A DNA stretch of 63,939 nt, the filler included, from Octopus bimaculoides (taxonomy: Eukaryota), in the NCBI RefSeq assembly GCF_001194135.2. It is 9 parts of 9 records of this genome, joined end to end, with 100 filler letters (N's around TTAATTAATTAA, not from the genome) between each part and the next. Parts side by side here need not be neighbours in the genome. Positions count along the whole stretch, not along the records: positions 62,627 to 63,939 come from NC_069002.1; 8 more parts are not named here. One strand, written 5' to 3'. The translations under genes were made by a program, and so were the position numbers. A model generated the notes under the pieces. It did not search any database, was not told where the DNA came from, and worked only from the letters and a program-made list of their open reading frames with translations. Shown here one piece after another: positions 62,848 to 63,939 of the stretch; within the stretch, counting starts at the first letter, position 1, and each line of letters opens with the position of its first letter.

Positions 62848-62867
62848 ACATACATATATGTATTATG

Positions 62868-63140
62868 CGAAGACGCGTGGCCTAGTGTTTAGGGGTGTTG
62901 CACTCACAATCGGGAGGTCGTGCTGTCGATTCTCTGACCGGCTGAGATCTTCATTTCACGTTGCTCCAGTCCACTCAGCAGTAAATTGTTAACCCTGCAA
63001 CGAAATAGCCTGCCAATCAAATGGAATATTGGCCTGCCGTCCCCTAACCAGCGGAGTAGCATCATTCAAAAGCTAAAACGATGTGATGTGATGTTCATTA
63101 TGATGAATCATGTATAACATTCAATAGTCTTGTCGATACC
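62868..63140 (+). mobile_element. tRNA-derived SINE related to family C, head-to-head with family D
   Basis: GCGTGGCCTAGTGTTTAGG A-box, GTCGATTC B-box, TTCACGTTGCTCCAGTCCACTCAGC body. Confidence 0.7.
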
Positions 63141-63189
63141 GTGATACCGTGATATATAAATTACATTTATGCAATAGTTGTAGGCGTGA

Positions 63190-63510
63190 CTGTGGCTGTG
63201 TAGTAAATTTGCTTTTGAGGTTCAGTCCCATCATGTGGTACCTTGAGTGTTTTCTAATATAGCTTCGAGTCGACCAAAGCCTTGTGATTGGATTGGGTAA
63301 AAAGAAGGTCGTCGTATATATTTACATATATATATATATATTTGACAGGAAGAGCAACAAAAGAAAGAAAGAGACCTCGATAAAAAGATGTTTTCACAGG
63401 AATTTTCAATTGGCCGGATAACTGAAGAGATGTTGGCGTGGGCTCCCACCCGGGCATCCGAAACTCGGAGTTTTATCTTGGCTACTGAATAAGTGTCACA
63501 TATTTTTACA

Positions 63511-63549
<39 letters not shown>

Positions 63550-63775
63550 GTGTGTCTATATCAGTGCGTGTGTGTCCTTGTCCCCCACCACCATTTGAGA
63601 ATCGGTGTTGGTGTGTTTATGTCCCTGTAACTTAATGATTCAACACAACAGACTACTAGAATAAGTACCAAGTTTCGAAAATAAAAGAAAGTAGTGGCAG
63701 GGACGAGGTCCATTCGTTTGACTAAAATTCTCCAGCATGGCCACAGTTGAATGACTAAAAAAAGTAAAAGTTAGA
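63190..63775 (+). mobile_element. SINE family B split by a 174-bp insert (63341-63514) in its central TA tract
   Basis: 5' half 63190-63317, 3' half 63545-63775, unrelated sequence between two (TA)n runs. Confidence 0.8.
63413..63482 (+). ncRNA. type I hammerhead ribozyme, apparently intact core
   Basis: gccggataa-CTGAAGA-[gatg/catc, ttgg/ccgg, gtgg-gctc-ccac]c-GAAAC-tcgga-GTT-ttatcttggc. Stem I about 9 bp with one bulge, long stem II, 3-bp stem III, GUU site after 63472. Confidence 0.8.
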
Positions 63776-63880
63776 TATAAGTATATTATATATATATACA
63801 CACATATACATACATATACATATATATTTATTCTTTTATATATATATGACTTACATATAATTATGAATAATCGATATGTA

Positions 63881-63939
<59 letters not shown>

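Overview
An AT-rich, microsatellite-saturated, gapped animal genomic window. The SINE families and repeat make-up point to a coleoid cephalopod, most likely Octopus (inference from recognised repeats, no search run). I cannot support any intact protein-coding gene. Almost all long six-frame ORFs are microsatellite or N-gap artefacts, or decayed TE fragments. The window is intronic or intergenic and holds relics of at least three Penelope-like elements (PLEs), an R4/Dong-type RLE LINE, a CR1/L2-type LINE, RTE LINEs, a Gypsy pol, Tigger/pogo and mariner transposases, MITEs (pogo, hAT-Charlie, piggyBac, Helentron-like) and several tRNA-derived SINE families. Highlights: (1) a 105-bp piece of 28S rRNA plus a fold-back copy of the target, inserted in a PLE GIY-YIG endonuclease (23380-23498); (2) an apparently intact type I hammerhead ribozyme (63413-63482) in a 174-bp insert inside the TA tract of a SINE; (3) two divergent back-to-back hammerhead-like motifs (33680-33800); (4) about ten hammerhead-like motifs overall, mostly in short TA-microsatellite-associated PLE terminal fragments. 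A few low-confidence exon candidates are listed. Boundaries of decayed TEs are approximate and were read by eye.
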